From: Octopus vulgaris
Taxonomy: Eukaryota
NCBI GenBank assembly: GCA_951406725.2
Contig: OX597825.1
Span: 30,380,001 to 30,444,000, forward strand
Length of the DNA stretch: 64,000 bases
Direction of reading: 5' to 3'
The number at the start of each line of letters is the position of its first letter. Position 1 is the stretch's first letter. A program made the position numbers and the translations under genes. Below, piece by piece: positions 28,800-42,489 of the stretch. Below the pieces are notes generated by a model. The model was not told the DNA's origin. It worked only from the letters and a program-made list of their open reading frames with translations, and did not search any database.

Positions 28800-29510
28800 A
28801 CTCACTTATTTCCAAGCAGGAGTTCATTCCAAGTAGGTCTTTCAGCAGTAAAATGCTCTACCCACAACATACTTTTGTCCAATATGTGCAAGCCTGGCAA
28901 AGTAGATGTTGAAACAATGATGACAGGAAGAGATGCTATGAGATTAACTGTAGGCTGACAAAGAACGACCCCATTTGAAGATCTGCAGAAGCAGTTAGAA
29001 AACAGAGCACCTGTATAATATATTCTTTTATGTATATGGAAAGTTCTATAGAAGAAGATAATAGATTCCATTGTATAGATGACATAATTAGCTGTAGAGA
29101 AGGAGATTTGATAGGCAGGTAAATATTAGTATCAAGAAGAGAACCTGGCAGTAAAGCAATGCTTCAAAAATATATTTCTTCAAGCATGGAGAAATCAGAT
29201 GTGATACAAATGTGCACAAAGTAACTAAACTAAGAACAATGTAGGAAAATTTTAGGAAGGAAATATATCTGCTGGGGACAAAGAGATGTTCTCTCTCCAA
29301 GAAAAGTTCCGATTGTATGGTACTGATTTACAAAGTATGGTGCTGGATGTTTGTATGAAATGGACATTGAATGCAGAGAATGGAAGGAGGCTGGGAAGAA
29401 ATAAGTTGAGTATGCTCTACTGGATGTGTAATGTTCACATGCATAAGCAATGGAGCATGAATGAAGAGACAGGAGAAACTGGGTAAGAGAGGAATTAAAT
29501 GCAGAGTACA
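28800..29510 (+). mobile_element. Highly decayed RTE-like LINE C-terminal relic
   Basis: RLYGTDLQSMVLDVCMKWTLNAENGRRLGRNKLSMLYWMCNV resembles RLY..VRS.MLYGSE.W.L....RRL.R.E..MLRWMC. Confidence 0.6.
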
Positions 29511-29559
29511 AAATAAATAAAAAAGAAAAAAGGTTGTAAAGATACGGAACTGTTTTGCA

Positions 29560-29770
29560 GGTGTAATGGCCCAGTGATTAGGGCAGCAGACTCATGGTCA
29601 TAGGATCGCGGCTTCGATTCCAAGACCGGGAGTTGTGAGTGTTTATTGAGCAAAAACACTTGAAGCTCCACAAGACTCCGGCAGGGTGTGGCAGCGAACC
29701 CTGCTGTACTCAAATAAAGGTGGTGCTCCAGCATGGCCGCAGTCAAATGACTGAAACAAGTAAAAGATAC
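29560..29770 (+). mobile_element. Chimeric SINE: family C head fused to family B tail
   Basis: C head runs to ctgctgtactc (29711), then taaaggtggtgctccagcatggccgcagtcaaatgactgaaacaagtaaaag. Confidence 0.75.
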
Positions 29771-30318
29771 AGAATATGACATTTTGGTAAAGAAGTGACA
29801 AGCTGTACAAAGAGGAGGAAGGACTTTGTAGAAGAAGAAGAATGAGGAAGTGTGAAAAAATATGTGAAAGTTGATCTCTGGAGGCTGGGCAACATAAAGA
29901 AGATGAGAAAGGAGTATGACATGGTGGGACCCTGCACTAGAGAAAACCACTCCAACTTAAGCAGGCCATCAAGAAAACATACAAAAAATAACGGTGATGA
30001 TGATGATAAGGTGTATGTTGAGATATAAATGTACTTAAGCACATGTTCATAAATGTAGTTATACATAAACATATACATGCATACATACATATAATCATAT
30101 ATGTATATGCACACCTATGTAACTATACACATGCACAGACACACACACACACACACACATTGCACCCTCACACATGAATATATAATATTGATTTTTGCCT
30201 GCTGAATATCCTGTAAGGACAAAGCAAAATTAGTTTAGGATATTTTTGATATATTTCTTGTCATAAAGAATTACACAAACACACACACACAAAGACATGC
30301 CTATATATGTGTGTGTGT

Positions 30319-30405
<87 letters not shown>

Positions 30406-30470
30406 CATATATATATATACATATATATATATACATATATATATATATACAAATATATACATACATACAT

Positions 30471-30568
<98 letters not shown>

Positions 30569-30570
30569 GC

Positions 30571-30617
<47 letters not shown>

Positions 30618-31118
30618 GTTGTGTGTTCTGTCTTCATCTCTCTTCACAGAGAATTGCTTTGGTTATATATAAGTATATCAACTAATAACAGGAAACATAT
30701 CCGTCTCACTTCATAGTGTCATTACAAGATGACGCTTGTATTTTCAAGGTTTCATGTGATCAGTATCTGACTGGGCTAAAAGATACAAGTCTAACACTTC
30801 CCTGGGTTCCATAATATGCTTTTGAAATTTGTACCAAGAATAATAAACCTATCTTTAGACATTATAGACAGAACTTTTACTTAATAGCCTAACTTAGCTG
30901 CAAAATTATAGTGATGTTGACGTTTTGAGATCCACTCGAGACAGCTTCAATTTGACACAGTTCAGAGTATTATTTTTTAATGAGTAGTGAAAGGAGTCAG
31001 GACAGGACTCTGCTACCATTTGGAATGCAACTTTGGTCAATCTGCTGGAAAGGAGAAAGTACAATTGCTGTATGGCAAGGATTTAATGTAAAACTACTGG
31101 TACACAAGAGATGCTGCG

Positions 31119-31284
31119 AGGAGAAGAAGAAGAAGAAGAAGAAGAAGAAGAAGAAGAAGAAGAAGAAGAAGAAGAAGGAGGAGGAGGGGGAAGAGGAGGG
31201 AAGGAGGAGGAGGGGGAGGAGGAGGGAGAGGAGGAGGGAGAGGAGGAGGGAGAGGAGGAGGAGGAGGAGGAGGAGAAGAAGAAG

Positions 31285-31313
<29 letters not shown>
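31119..31313 (+). repeat. Pure polypurine tract (GAA)n-(GAG/GGA)n-(GAA)n
   Basis: About 195 nt containing only A and G. Confidence 0.95.
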
Positions 31314-31315
<2 letters not shown>

Positions 31316-31464
31316 CGAAGAAGCAGAAGTACTTTTAAATATTTACAGACAGGGTTTCTTGAAAAGGCCCAAGTTGTCCTTCTTTAACAAGTAGCAGTAC
31401 TCTCACTGGGTGAACATTAATTTCCAGCAGCTGTAAAACCAGCCACATAGTTCCAAGTGATAAA

Positions 31465-31910
31465 GAAAGGAAATGTAAGGTTGGTTTTAAGCTGAAAGTG
31501 GTAGAATATGCCAAGTCCCACAACATCTGTGCTGCTACAAGAGAATATGGTGTAACTGAGAAGATAGTAGGAGTTTGGAGATTAAAGGAAGATTTATCAA
31601 GGAGTATGGTAGTTGGTAATTTACAATATTTAACCACCTCTTGAAAAGAACGAACTGTTGCATGCAAAGTTTACTGATTGAATCATTGTTAAAATACTAT
31701 TGAAATTCAAGAAAAACATTGCTTTAGGGGAAGTTAATGCTTACCTGACCCGTTTAACTATGAACCTTGTACCTTCGGTACTTGAGCTATTTTCCAAAAA
31801 AACTTCAAGTAGTCTTATACAGCAAGTATAGCTCAAAACCCACTTTTCAAATGGAAATCCTGGGGATCATCTTGTACCCCCAATTGTATTATATACTGGC
31901 ACATACAGAA
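31465..31910 (+). mobile_element. pogo/Tigger-like relic (BrkDBD-like N-terminus and right end)
   Basis: RKCKVGFKLKVVEYAKSHNICAATREYGVTEKIVGVWRLKE; 3' end tattatatactggcacatacag resembles pogo-type termini. Confidence 0.6.
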
Positions 31911-32004
31911 ATTCATTCATACAAGAAAAGAAAAAAATAACATACTCTTTTACTACCATACAAACTTATAGATCTTGAGTTCAAATTCATTGCAGGCATA
32001 TCAT

Positions 32005-32410
32005 ACTCTCTTTTACTCTCTCTTTTACTCTTTTACTTGTTTCAGTCATTTGACTGTGGCCATGCTGGAGCACCGCCTTTAGTCGAGCAAATTGATCCCA
32101 GGATTTATTCTTTGTAAGCCTAGTACTTATTCTATCGATCTCTTTTGCTGAACCGCTAAGTTACGGAGACGTAAACACACCAGCATCGGTTGCCAAGCGA
32201 TATCGGGGGGACATATATATATATATACACATATACATATATATACGACGGGCTTCTTTCTATTTCCATCTACCAAATCCACTCACAAGGCTTTGGTTGG
32301 CCTGAGGCTCTAGTAGAAGACACTTGCCCAAGGTGCCATGCTGTGGGACTGAACCCAGAACCATGTGGTTTGTAAGCAAGCTACTTACCACACATCCACT
32401 CCTGCACCTA
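32005..32410 (-). mobile_element. SINE family B
   Basis: Collinear with 21400-21805. Confidence 0.9.
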
Positions 32411-33469
32411 TATGATAATAAACTGCTTGGAGAATGGTGAATAGCTTCTTTTTTATAAAATGCAATTTTATTTCATTTCACTAAAAGATATTTTATTTCA
32501 CAGAAGCCCTAGAGTTTTTTCACAGAACTCAAGAGTACCCCAGATCCAACTTCAAGAAACCATTTTCTCAAAATAGTCTATGCTATGTAATTTCTGTGTT
32601 TTATATTTTTCTTTTGGCCAGACAATAGAAATCATATATAATAATTATGGGTACTTATGGGTAAATTTGAAATTGTGAATAAATTCATATTATACACAAA
32701 GGAGGAAACTTGATATAATGCCAGCTTGTTGTCCTTGAATTATTCCCTCTACCTCAGTAATGTCCTATATTGACTCAGGAATTAATCTAAGCAATCTTAT
32801 GTTGACCTAGTATCAGTCTCATAACAGTTCTGTATCATTGTCTGTAACTCTGTTCTTTGTCAATCCATCTCGTCCTTGCTTTATTTTCATTTTCATTTGA
32901 TTATTTATATTTTCATTTTTGGTAGGACAGGTGTAATTTCTATTATTTCCCTTCCCAATTCAATTTCCTGAGTCTTATATGTCTGGTCTTCAGCCAAAGG
33001 AAGTTTTTGATTTAATTAAGTGTGTACTTATCTTGACAGCCGAGAGTAATTGTGTACAAAAGTCACAATCACACAAACAGCGTTGTTTGTTTGCAATCTT
33101 CCATGGAAAACTAAGCATCCCATTGTGATGGTCATGTTAAAAAAAAAACTAGGGAAATCATTACCTTCTTTGGAAACAAATGAGAGCTGGCAATTGCAAG
33201 AGAAAGAATGGTAAAACATACTACGATGCTTAGAAGCAAGTGGTCTGAGAAAATGGATTTTATATGGAGAAAAATCATTAGCGTAGTTAATATTCACAAC
33301 ATAGAGTCTACCCAACTATCAATAGAAAAATAGAAAGAATTTTTTTCTATGACTAGATGCTCCCACTGGCAACTGGAAGAGCATCTGGCCATAGAGAAAA
33401 TGGACCAAATGAATTTCACTTTGACTCCTGAAAGTAAGAGGGTAGACATTAAAACTATGGTACTAATGG

Positions 33470-33560
33470 CAATGATGATGATGATGTTGGTGGTGCTGAT
33501 GATGTCTGATGCTGATGATAATATTGATTATAATGATGATGATGGTGATGATGATGATGG

Positions 33561-33604
<44 letters not shown>

Positions 33605-33710
33605 GTGATGATGATGGTGATGATGATGGTGATGACGATGATGATGATGATGATGATGATAATGATGATGATGATGATGATGATGATGGTGATGATGATG
33701 GTGATGATGG

Positions 33711-33742
<32 letters not shown>

Positions 33743-33827
33743 GTGATGATGGTGATGATGATGATGGCCGATGATGGTGTTGATGTATATGATAATGATG
33801 ACAATGATGACAACAATGATGACGATA

Positions 33828-33878
<51 letters not shown>

Positions 33879-33900
33879 GTGATTGTGATGATGACAATGA
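33470..33900. repeat. Imperfect (GAT)n tract of about 430 bp
   Basis: Direct reading; source of the poly-D/M/H/S/I ORFs. Confidence 0.95.
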
Positions 33901-34618
33901 CGCATAGCAAGAGAAGGAGGAGGATGCTCTTTATTTCACCAACCATTTCCTATTTTCGAAATAATGTGTATTTTCATTCCACTGCCTCTCACAATGTCAG
34001 AACTGTCAAAATTGCTGAAAACTCAAGACTTTTGTTCACTGGACAATGATGGAGATTTCTTCACATTTGCCGATAAAGTTTTAGTAAAGACATGCAAACA
34101 CACACACACACAGACACACATAATAGGCTTCCTCTTGGTTTTCATTTAACAGTCTAATTAATTAATGCTTGCAATAGCACAAAATTAACACAGGACTCAC
34201 TCTCACTAATGAGAAGTAAGAATTCAAACTCAGCTAATTTGTCTAGCCATTTGTCACCTAAGCAATAGTGTCTATTTTTGTTGCAATCTTTTATGCCATC
34301 ATGGTGAACTGAGCAATCATATGGCTTCATCCAAAGAAGCTGACAGAAACGACTAGTGTTGTCGTCAACAAAATGAAATTAATCTATGCTGTATATCGGA
34401 TGGAGTATGAAGGATTCATTCATAATCACTAACATGGTGTGTATGTGTGTGCATGCATATGTGTGTGCATGCATGTGTGTGTGCATGTGTGTGTGCACAT
34501 GTGTATGTGTGCATGTACATGTATGTATATATAAATATATACACACATGCATATAAACATACATATATATACACACATATATATATGCCTAATATATATA
34601 TATGTATATGTATATATG

Positions 34619-34649
<31 letters not shown>

Positions 34650-34924
34650 GATAATAATAATAAGAAGAAGAAGGAGAAGAAGAAGAAGAAGAATATCAAT
34701 AATCAATCAAATATTGATTGATTTTCGTTATTTTTCCTCTCTGCCTGCATGGATTGTTTTTGAGTACTTTGTTTTTGTCCGAGAATCTCTTTTAAAGTAG
34801 AGGAAATAGCTAAGGTTCTCTGGCTGCTATTTTTAAACTTCAGTATGTGGTAAAGCAAATCTTTGCTGAAACCTAATTATAAAATGTATACATATATATA
34901 TATGTATATATAGATATGTGTGTG

Positions 34925-34957
<33 letters not shown>

Positions 34958-34959
<2 letters not shown>

Positions 34960-35176
34960 GAGCAAAATGCCCCCCTTCCAATGGAGTGTGCTGAGTTGTC
35001 AAACATTTAAACCAACTCACATTCTCACCTGGATTCAATTTTTGTAATTTTTTCAAGACTTATACACACCCTGATACCGTCAGTATCTACATATCAAATT
35101 TGAGCACAATCGGATGGAGGATGCCCGAGATCCTAGAAGACACACAGACAGACAGAACGGATTTTATATAATAGAT
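34958..35176 (-). mobile_element. Non-autonomous Helitron-like element
   Basis: Minus strand begins TCTATTATATAAAA, then (CTGT)n and ccgattgtgctcaaatttg, a layout typical of Helitron-N/HINE 5' regions. Confidence 0.45.
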
Positions 35177-35273
35177 ATGTATGCATGTATATGTGTGTGT
35201 GTGTGAATGTGTGTATGTATGCATGTAGGTATGTATGTACGTATGTATGTATGTATTTATATATGTATGTATT

Positions 35274-35307
<34 letters not shown>

Positions 35308-35759
35308 TGTATGTATGCATGCATGTATCACTGTTTCAATGTCGACTTTTCCATGCTTTCATGGGTTGGACAAAGATAATAGAGGCAAACATTCTACAGC
35401 TGAATACATTTTTTTTTTTTACCAAACCATAACTGTTTCCAAGCCAGGTAATATTTCTCCAGGGTTACACACGTTTTTGTAGAATACTGGGAATAAATGA
35501 CATTCATTTACTGGAATTACATTATGTCAAAAAATATAATAACCCACACGTTCCCACTCTTATACATACAAGGTGGCTGCCCCCTCGTTATCGAGTATGG
35601 CCATTGCACGAAGCTTAATCAATGTTGTTATTGTGCAATGCCTGTGCAAGAAGATTTTTTTTATAGTGAGGAAAGGCTGTGCACTGAGTCAATCCCACTC
35701 ACTAAGCAACAGCAGCCATAATCCGAAAAGAAGAACAAGCCAACATCATCGGTAACCAC

Positions 35760-36122
35760 TGAGCTGCAGGTTTTATGTCAGAGTTATCCCAGTTTCCTGA
35801 GTTGCTTTCTCCTAGAAGGATGCCCTAACAAAGGCTAAGAGCCCTTCACTCCCAATGGTTTAACCGCGCGATCAGGTATTCAGTCCGATTATTTCTATGT
35901 CCCCGTGCATGATACAGCCTTAAGACATTTATTGGATGGCCGTTGACTCTCAAGAGTTCCTCCGCCCTTTGACGGGTTTTGTTTTTCATCCCGCAGGGTG
36001 TCCAATAAACACCCTCCTCAGCAAGTAAGCTTGGTGGGGTTGCCGGTTTAGTCGCCGACAACCCGACCATGCAACAAGTTGTACTGGGTTACATGTTACC
36101 AGTAGCACTCGAAAGTGACCTG
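35760..36122 (-). mobile_element. Probable RTE-like LINE 5' UTR fragment
   Basis: GC/CpG-richer island; minus strand gggctcttagcctttgttagggcatccttctaggagaaagcaactc resembles the RTE 5'-UTR motif agcctt...ctaggagaaggaaaactc (from recall). Confidence 0.45.
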
Positions 36123-36289
36123 ACATATTTACATACATACAAACACACACACATGTGTGTGTGTTTGCGTGTATGTGTGTGCGTACAATTGGCTTCTTAC
36201 AGTGTGCATCCACCAAAACCAAATCCATATCCTTTCACTGATCAGCTGGGGTCCAGAAGTACTGACCCTAAAATCACATGGATGTGAAC

Positions 36290-36380
36290 GGTGCCTTGGG
36301 AAAATGTCTTCTACTATAACCTCAGGCCAACCAAAGCCTTGTGAGTGGATTTGGTAGATGGAAACTGAAAGAAGCTCATC

Positions 36381-36412
<32 letters not shown>

Positions 36413-36652
36413 ATGTGTGTGTGTCTTTGTGACTGTGTTTGTCCTCCACCACCACTTGATAACCAGTGTTGGCGTGTTTATGTCCCCATAACTTAGCAGT
36501 TCAGTAAAACAGAATGATAGAATAAGTACCAGGCTTAACAACAACAAAAAGTACTGGGTTTAATTCAATCGACTAAAAAAATTTGTTCACGGCAGTGCTC
36601 CAGCATGGCCACAGCCTAATGACTGAAACAACTAAAAGACAGAAGATAAAAG
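36290..36652 (+). mobile_element. SINE family B, 5'-truncated older subfamily
   Basis: ccttgggaaaatgtcttctactata...gtgagtggatttggtagatggaaactgaaagaagc...gtgctccagcatggcc. Confidence 0.85.
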
Positions 36653-37169
36653 ATAACGCAGAACCAAATATTTATATCATGTTATTTGTCTGCAGAATGA
36701 CATAGATTTGAAGATTTGAAGAGACTGTAAAGAGTTATGAAACAGGAGCGCCTATATCAGAGAATTTAATATTTTCTGATTCTAATCTCAAGGTTAATGA
36801 TATTATAACGATTGTCATTTCCTAAAGAGTGCTAAATGTTATTCCATTGTAGGCCAAAGAGGCATATTAAACAGATATATCTTATCATAGTGTGATAATT
36901 TTATGTGGATAGAAGATCAAGAGAATAAGCAATACAACACTCTTACTACATACCAAAAAAGAAAAGAAAAAAAAAAGACACTGAATAATAGATAAATAAA
37001 AGTAAAATGAAAATAACAAGAGAAAATATCCGGAGGGTAAAAATACTAGTGTTCTCTTTATCAATACAATTACTTGGAAACTAGAGCAAAGTATTATCTG
37101 ATAAAGATAAAGAAAAAAAGAAAAAGATAATCTCAAGGAAGCCGTTTTCTTAAGTAATATGTATATATA

Positions 37170-37258
<89 letters not shown>

Positions 37259-37264
37259 AAATAC

Positions 37265-37297
<33 letters not shown>

Positions 37298-37403
37298 ATA
37301 GTGTATGTAATATGTGTAAGGGTGTAGATATGAATTTATATGTGTGTGATTTTGTAAATTAAATGTATACAAGCAAAATGATGAATTTGTGCGTGCATGT
37401 AAT

Positions 37404-37450
<47 letters not shown>

Positions 37451-37510
37451 CATATATGTATGTATGTATGTATGTATATATGTATGTATATATCTATATC
37501 TATCTATGTA

Positions 37511-37549
<39 letters not shown>

Positions 37550-37603
37550 GTGTATATGTATATAGAGAGAGAGAGATAGATAGATAGATATATAAACACA
37601 TGC

Positions 37604-37643
<40 letters not shown>

Positions 37644-38139
37644 GTGTATACAAATTTGCATGTGCATGTGTGTTGGTAGGTATATTATTATATATAATGT
37701 AATGTACAAGCTGAAAATATACATACATTGTTCAAGTTCATGTGTCTCAAAATCCTAATAAAGAGAAAGTAAAAAAATGCTATTCCTCAGCCTATAAAGT
37801 GCCTTGCATGCAGCAAAATGTCTATAACAAGGAACCTGGATGTGCAATATTGAGTAAGACACCATGAAGCCATTGCTTAATATGCCCAGAAAGCAATAAG
37901 AATTCTTATATATTGTCATTTATTCAGTTCTAAAAATGATGCCTTGCAAAGCTTACACATTCATATATACACACACATACTACCCCACCACATACACACA
38001 TGCATGCATGCACATACACACATGCATGCATGCACATACACACACATGCTCACAGATATAACATCATGCACATGCTCAGACACACACACACACACGCATG
38101 CATGCGCTCACACACATAAAGAAATAAATATATCTTTTA

Positions 38140-38885
38140 TCTTTTAGTTTTTTACTTGTTGCAGTCATTAGACTGTGGCCATGCTGGAGCACTGCCACAT
38201 AAAAATTTTAGTCGATCAAATCGACCCCAGGACTCAGTTTTTTTGTTTTTGTTTGAAAGCCTGATACCTATTTTATCGGTCTCTTATATTGAACCACTAG
38301 GTTAGAGGGATGTAAACACACCAACACCAGTTTTCAAGTGGTGGGGGAGGCAAAACATACTGACACAAAGACATACACGTATACATATATTATACATATA
38401 CATATACACACATATATACATACGTACATAAATACATGCATACTTACATATCTATATGTGTACATATATATCCATATATATTGCTTTCTTCCAAAGAATC
38501 TAGTGCTCTTAGCTTAGATTTCCTTGGGGCCAGCCAGATTAGAGCAGTCTCGAGAGTAACTGGCTGAAACTTCAAAGACGATCTGGTACTTGACTGAAGA
38601 CTGAAAGCTCCAGATGACCTGACCTTGTTTTTTTTCCTGTCTTTTTTTGTATCGTCTAACTGTCCAAGTGTTTTGTAGTCCCCTGTTATGGTCTTGTTCC
38701 ATCATATATATATATATAGGTATAGTTTAAGTAATACTAAGTATGAGGCTTTTACATGCCGAAATCTACTTGGTGTAATTAATTATTACTTAAACTTTCC
38801 TCGAATGAGGCTTTTACATGCCGAAATCTACTTGGTGTAATTAATGATTATTCCAAATTAATTAATTTCACCCTATATTATATAT

Positions 38886-38938
<53 letters not shown>

Positions 38939-39307
38939 GCTCCTTTCAGTTTCCATCTACCAAATCCACTTAATGTTTTAGTCAGCCCAAGGCTACAATA
39001 GAAGACATTTGCCCAAGGTGTTATGCAGTGAGACTGAATCAGATGTCAAGCAGTGGAGGGAGACAAACACAGATAAAATGGAACACATACATAGATGTGT
39101 GTGTGTGTATGTGCACGTGTGCGTGTGCTTGTGTGTATGTGTGTATGGCTGGCTTCCTTTGGTTTCTGTTTACCAAACTGACTCACATGGCTTTGGTAGG
39201 CCCAAGGCTATAGTAGAAGACACTTGCTCAAGGTACTACACAGTGGGACTGAACCCGGAACCATGTTGTTGGGAAGCAAGCTTCTTACCTCACAGCCACA
39301 CCTGCCC
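38140..39307 (-). mobile_element. Fragmented SINE B copies interrupted in their (TA)n tract by two short Penelope-like relics (38480-38705 and 38720-38880)
   Basis: B tail at 38140-38380 and B head parts at 38935-39040 and 39150-39307. Confidence 0.65.
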
Positions 39308-39931
39308 CCTGTTATATACACTCATGCATAGACGCTCTGTGGCACACATCAAAATAAGCACTTGTACACTGATATTGCTGATCATACATACTCTATTATT
39401 ATCTAAATTTACCAAACATATTAGTCTGTATCCTTCCAAAACCAGGAAACAACGCAGACCTCAAATTCAATTTCACCAAATAAATAAATACACAAATAAA
39501 TAAAATAAAATAAAATAAAAAAATGTTTGCCATGTTAATGCAATGATTAGTCTAAACAAACATTAGTCAAAAAGAAAAACTAAAACCAGAGTTATACATT
39601 TCTGTTATTTTTCAATTTTTCTTTCAACTTATATTTTTATTTCTTTAATTTTATTCTTATTTATATTGCTTTGTTTTGTACTTGTTTATTTTTTTTTTGT
39701 TTGTTTTTCAGTATAATGATCATGAAACATTACTGACCTCAATTTCACCATCATAATTTTATTAAATATTGGTTATTTTCCATTCTTGCATGAATTTAAA
39801 GAGCTCTGCCAAACCACATCAATCATCATAACTGATATACTTAGGTGTGACAACAATTTGAATAACAATATATTCTCTCAGAATAGTCACAGTGTGTGAA
39901 TAATAGCAACAACGACAACAACAACAACAAC

Positions 39932-39998
<67 letters not shown>

Positions 39999-40039
39999 GC
40001 TGTGTGGTAAGACGCTTGCTTTCCAACCACATGAAAGCA

Positions 40040-40910
40040 ACTAAAAGATACACTCTGTTGTCAAAAAAGCTTATAAATTCAAAAAGAAACTTGGCATCAA
40101 CCCTAAATTAGATGAGGAGCCTGAAACTACTGTTACCAAGGAAACAAAGTGAATCAGGGCGACTGCAAAAAAAGGACAAGCAGAAACAAACTGAGAATTA
40201 GTGGAGCTAAAAGCCCCTACATGGACAAACCATTCTTCAAAGCCAAAATGCTGATTTAGACCAAGCAACAATCCATCATTGGCTAAGGAGGTCAGGATTG
40301 AAAGCAGAGACTGAAGGTTCATATTAGCAGAACAAGATCAAAGCTTTCTTACTAGAAATTACAAAGCTAACATTCTCCAAGACAGTTCTAACCATAAATG
40401 CAGGTTCTGCAACACATTTGAGAAAACAATGGACCCTCCCATTTCAAGATGTCCTGTGCTGCCACCAAACAAATATAAAAATCACCACAATAGGGTAGGA
40501 CAGTATTTACATTGGAGAAGATCTAATCACTACAAAATCAGGACTCTTGCTTACTGGTATGAACATCATCCTGAGCCAGTAATTGGAAGTAAAAATGTCA
40601 CTATCCTCTGAAATTTTCCAATCAGCACTGACAGAACGATCCAGGCTAATAGACCAGACATAATTATTAAAGACGGAGAAGAAAATACTTTCAGACTAAT
40701 AGTGGATGTAAATGTTCCTACTGATAAAAATATATCTGTAAAAGAGTTTGACAAACTTAGTAAATATAAAGACCTGGAAATTGAAATACAGAAGATGAGG
40801 CATCTTGAAGTAAAAACTGTTCCTGTTATTGTAGGTGCCCTGGGTATGATAAAAAAAAAAGAAAGAGATGTCAGAAACATAATAACACACATGCAGATTA
40901 AAAGTAATTA
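40040..40910 (+). mobile_element. R4/Dong-like LINE relic: CCHC knuckle and restriction-like (REL) endonuclease
   Basis: LHGQ...WLRRSGLKAETEG.ILAEQDQ..TRNY...KCRFCNTFEKTMD..ISRCPVL...HNRVGQYLHW...TDRTIQANRPDIII...VDVNVPTD..EFDKLSKYKDL..VPVIVGALG; (AAT)n on both sides. Confidence 0.92.
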
Positions 40911-40930
40911 ACAACAACAACAACAACAGC

Positions 40931-40971
<41 letters not shown>

Positions 40972-41890
40972 TAATAATAATGATGATGATGAAGAGGAGC
41001 TTTTAACAAAGATGCAAGACCAGAAGTTTAGGGTAATGGATAGTTAAATAAATCAACTCCATTACTTCAATGGTTCACTGGAATTATAAAAGGAAAAGTT
41101 AATCTCAGCAGGATTTGAACTCAGAACATAAAGTAGCTGAAGAAATACCTAATCTCTACTCAGTCACTTCAAAGATACCCTTCCCTACACAAAATGTTAA
41201 CATCAGTTTTCTATAGTCACCTTCTTAGGTTCACTTTCTAAGTAGCACTGCATCACTAGCCTCTTTTCGTCTTTCTTGCTCCTTTATCTGCTGATGCTGT
41301 ATTAGGATAACAGCTGTAGTCAGTCTGCATCTTTACTGAATCAGTGCCGAGTGAGAGACCTTCCCTCAAAGGTCCAGCTTCATTTTCACTGTTACAACCA
41401 GAGTTTTTGGTAACTTTGGTCTCTCATAAACTGAGGTAAGCTAACGTTCGTAACCATCATCATCACCACTATTATTTCTCAACATCTGAAAGTTTCAAGC
41501 AGCTTTCTATTAAATCATTTGTTATAATTTTATACTGGGGTGGGGGCCTGCATTTTTTTTTAGTTGTGGGGGGGGGATATTGTATAGTATCAATACATTT
41601 TGATATGGGGTTTTGTTTGAGTCCTTGGTTGTATTAGTTTTTATGTTCAGCATTGTTTGTGCAGTGCAGGTTGTGTTCTTCGGTTTGGTATCAGCCCTTC
41701 TATGGCACATGTTGTGGGCTTTGATCATTTTGTTGGGTATTTACAGTATGAGTCTATTCCTGTATGATTCTGGAGGGTTTATGCATAGTAGTGCATGTAT
41801 GCGTGTGTGTAACTCCTAAATCAACTATTTTATAGTATTTATGATTATCTGTCAGCTGTTCTTTTGCTTGGTTTGTTATGAGTTCCATTA

Positions 41891-41932
<42 letters not shown>

Positions 41933-42489
41933 GAGTGAGAGAGCAGTTCATGCCATCAAAGTGACACTGGGGTAAAATATACGAAGCCCAATATACCCAT
42001 CATGACTACCCGTCTGATAAAGGTACACCAGGCACATGCATCACAACCATATCTGCACGACATGGTGATCTCATATCAAGATAAACAGCACATGACCTTG
42101 CGGGTGGGGCCCAGTTAGAATTTTCTTCAGGTTGAGTAGCCCATCCCGCTCAAAAGGTCCCTGAATAAGGATTGTTTAAGGATGTTGAAAGAACCACCCA
42201 TGTTTCCAGAGGTGAATTATTCAAACCCCAAAGAATCCCTCTCAACACATGGCTATGATGCTCCTCCACTACTTCTGCTCGTGATCAGAGATGCACATAT
42301 CGTCAGCCACTAAGGGACATGCTCAACTGGTTAAGGTCAAACAACTGACAAGCAAATCTGTGGTATTGAGCAGAATATTTGCTGTTGCCCATCTTTTATA
42401 CCAAGACAAAACAATGTACATGATAACACTTCCAATCAGTTAAGATCAGAAGCCATGAGAGCCACTGCCTGGTACTGCATCAGGGCATT
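41933..42489 (+). mobile_element. Non-coding element of about 560 bp inserted in (ATT)n
   Basis: Flanked by (ATT)n at 41889-41932 and 42708-42729; its right end recurs at 12650-12722; orientation inferred from that truncated copy. Confidence 0.65.

Noticed and set aside
30980-31387. K/E/R-rich 135-aa ORF
   Set aside because: Produced by the polypurine repeat
33349-33774. Asp-rich biomineralisation-like ORF
   Set aside because: A (GAT)n tract that follows a decayed family E-like tail; no signal peptide or splice support
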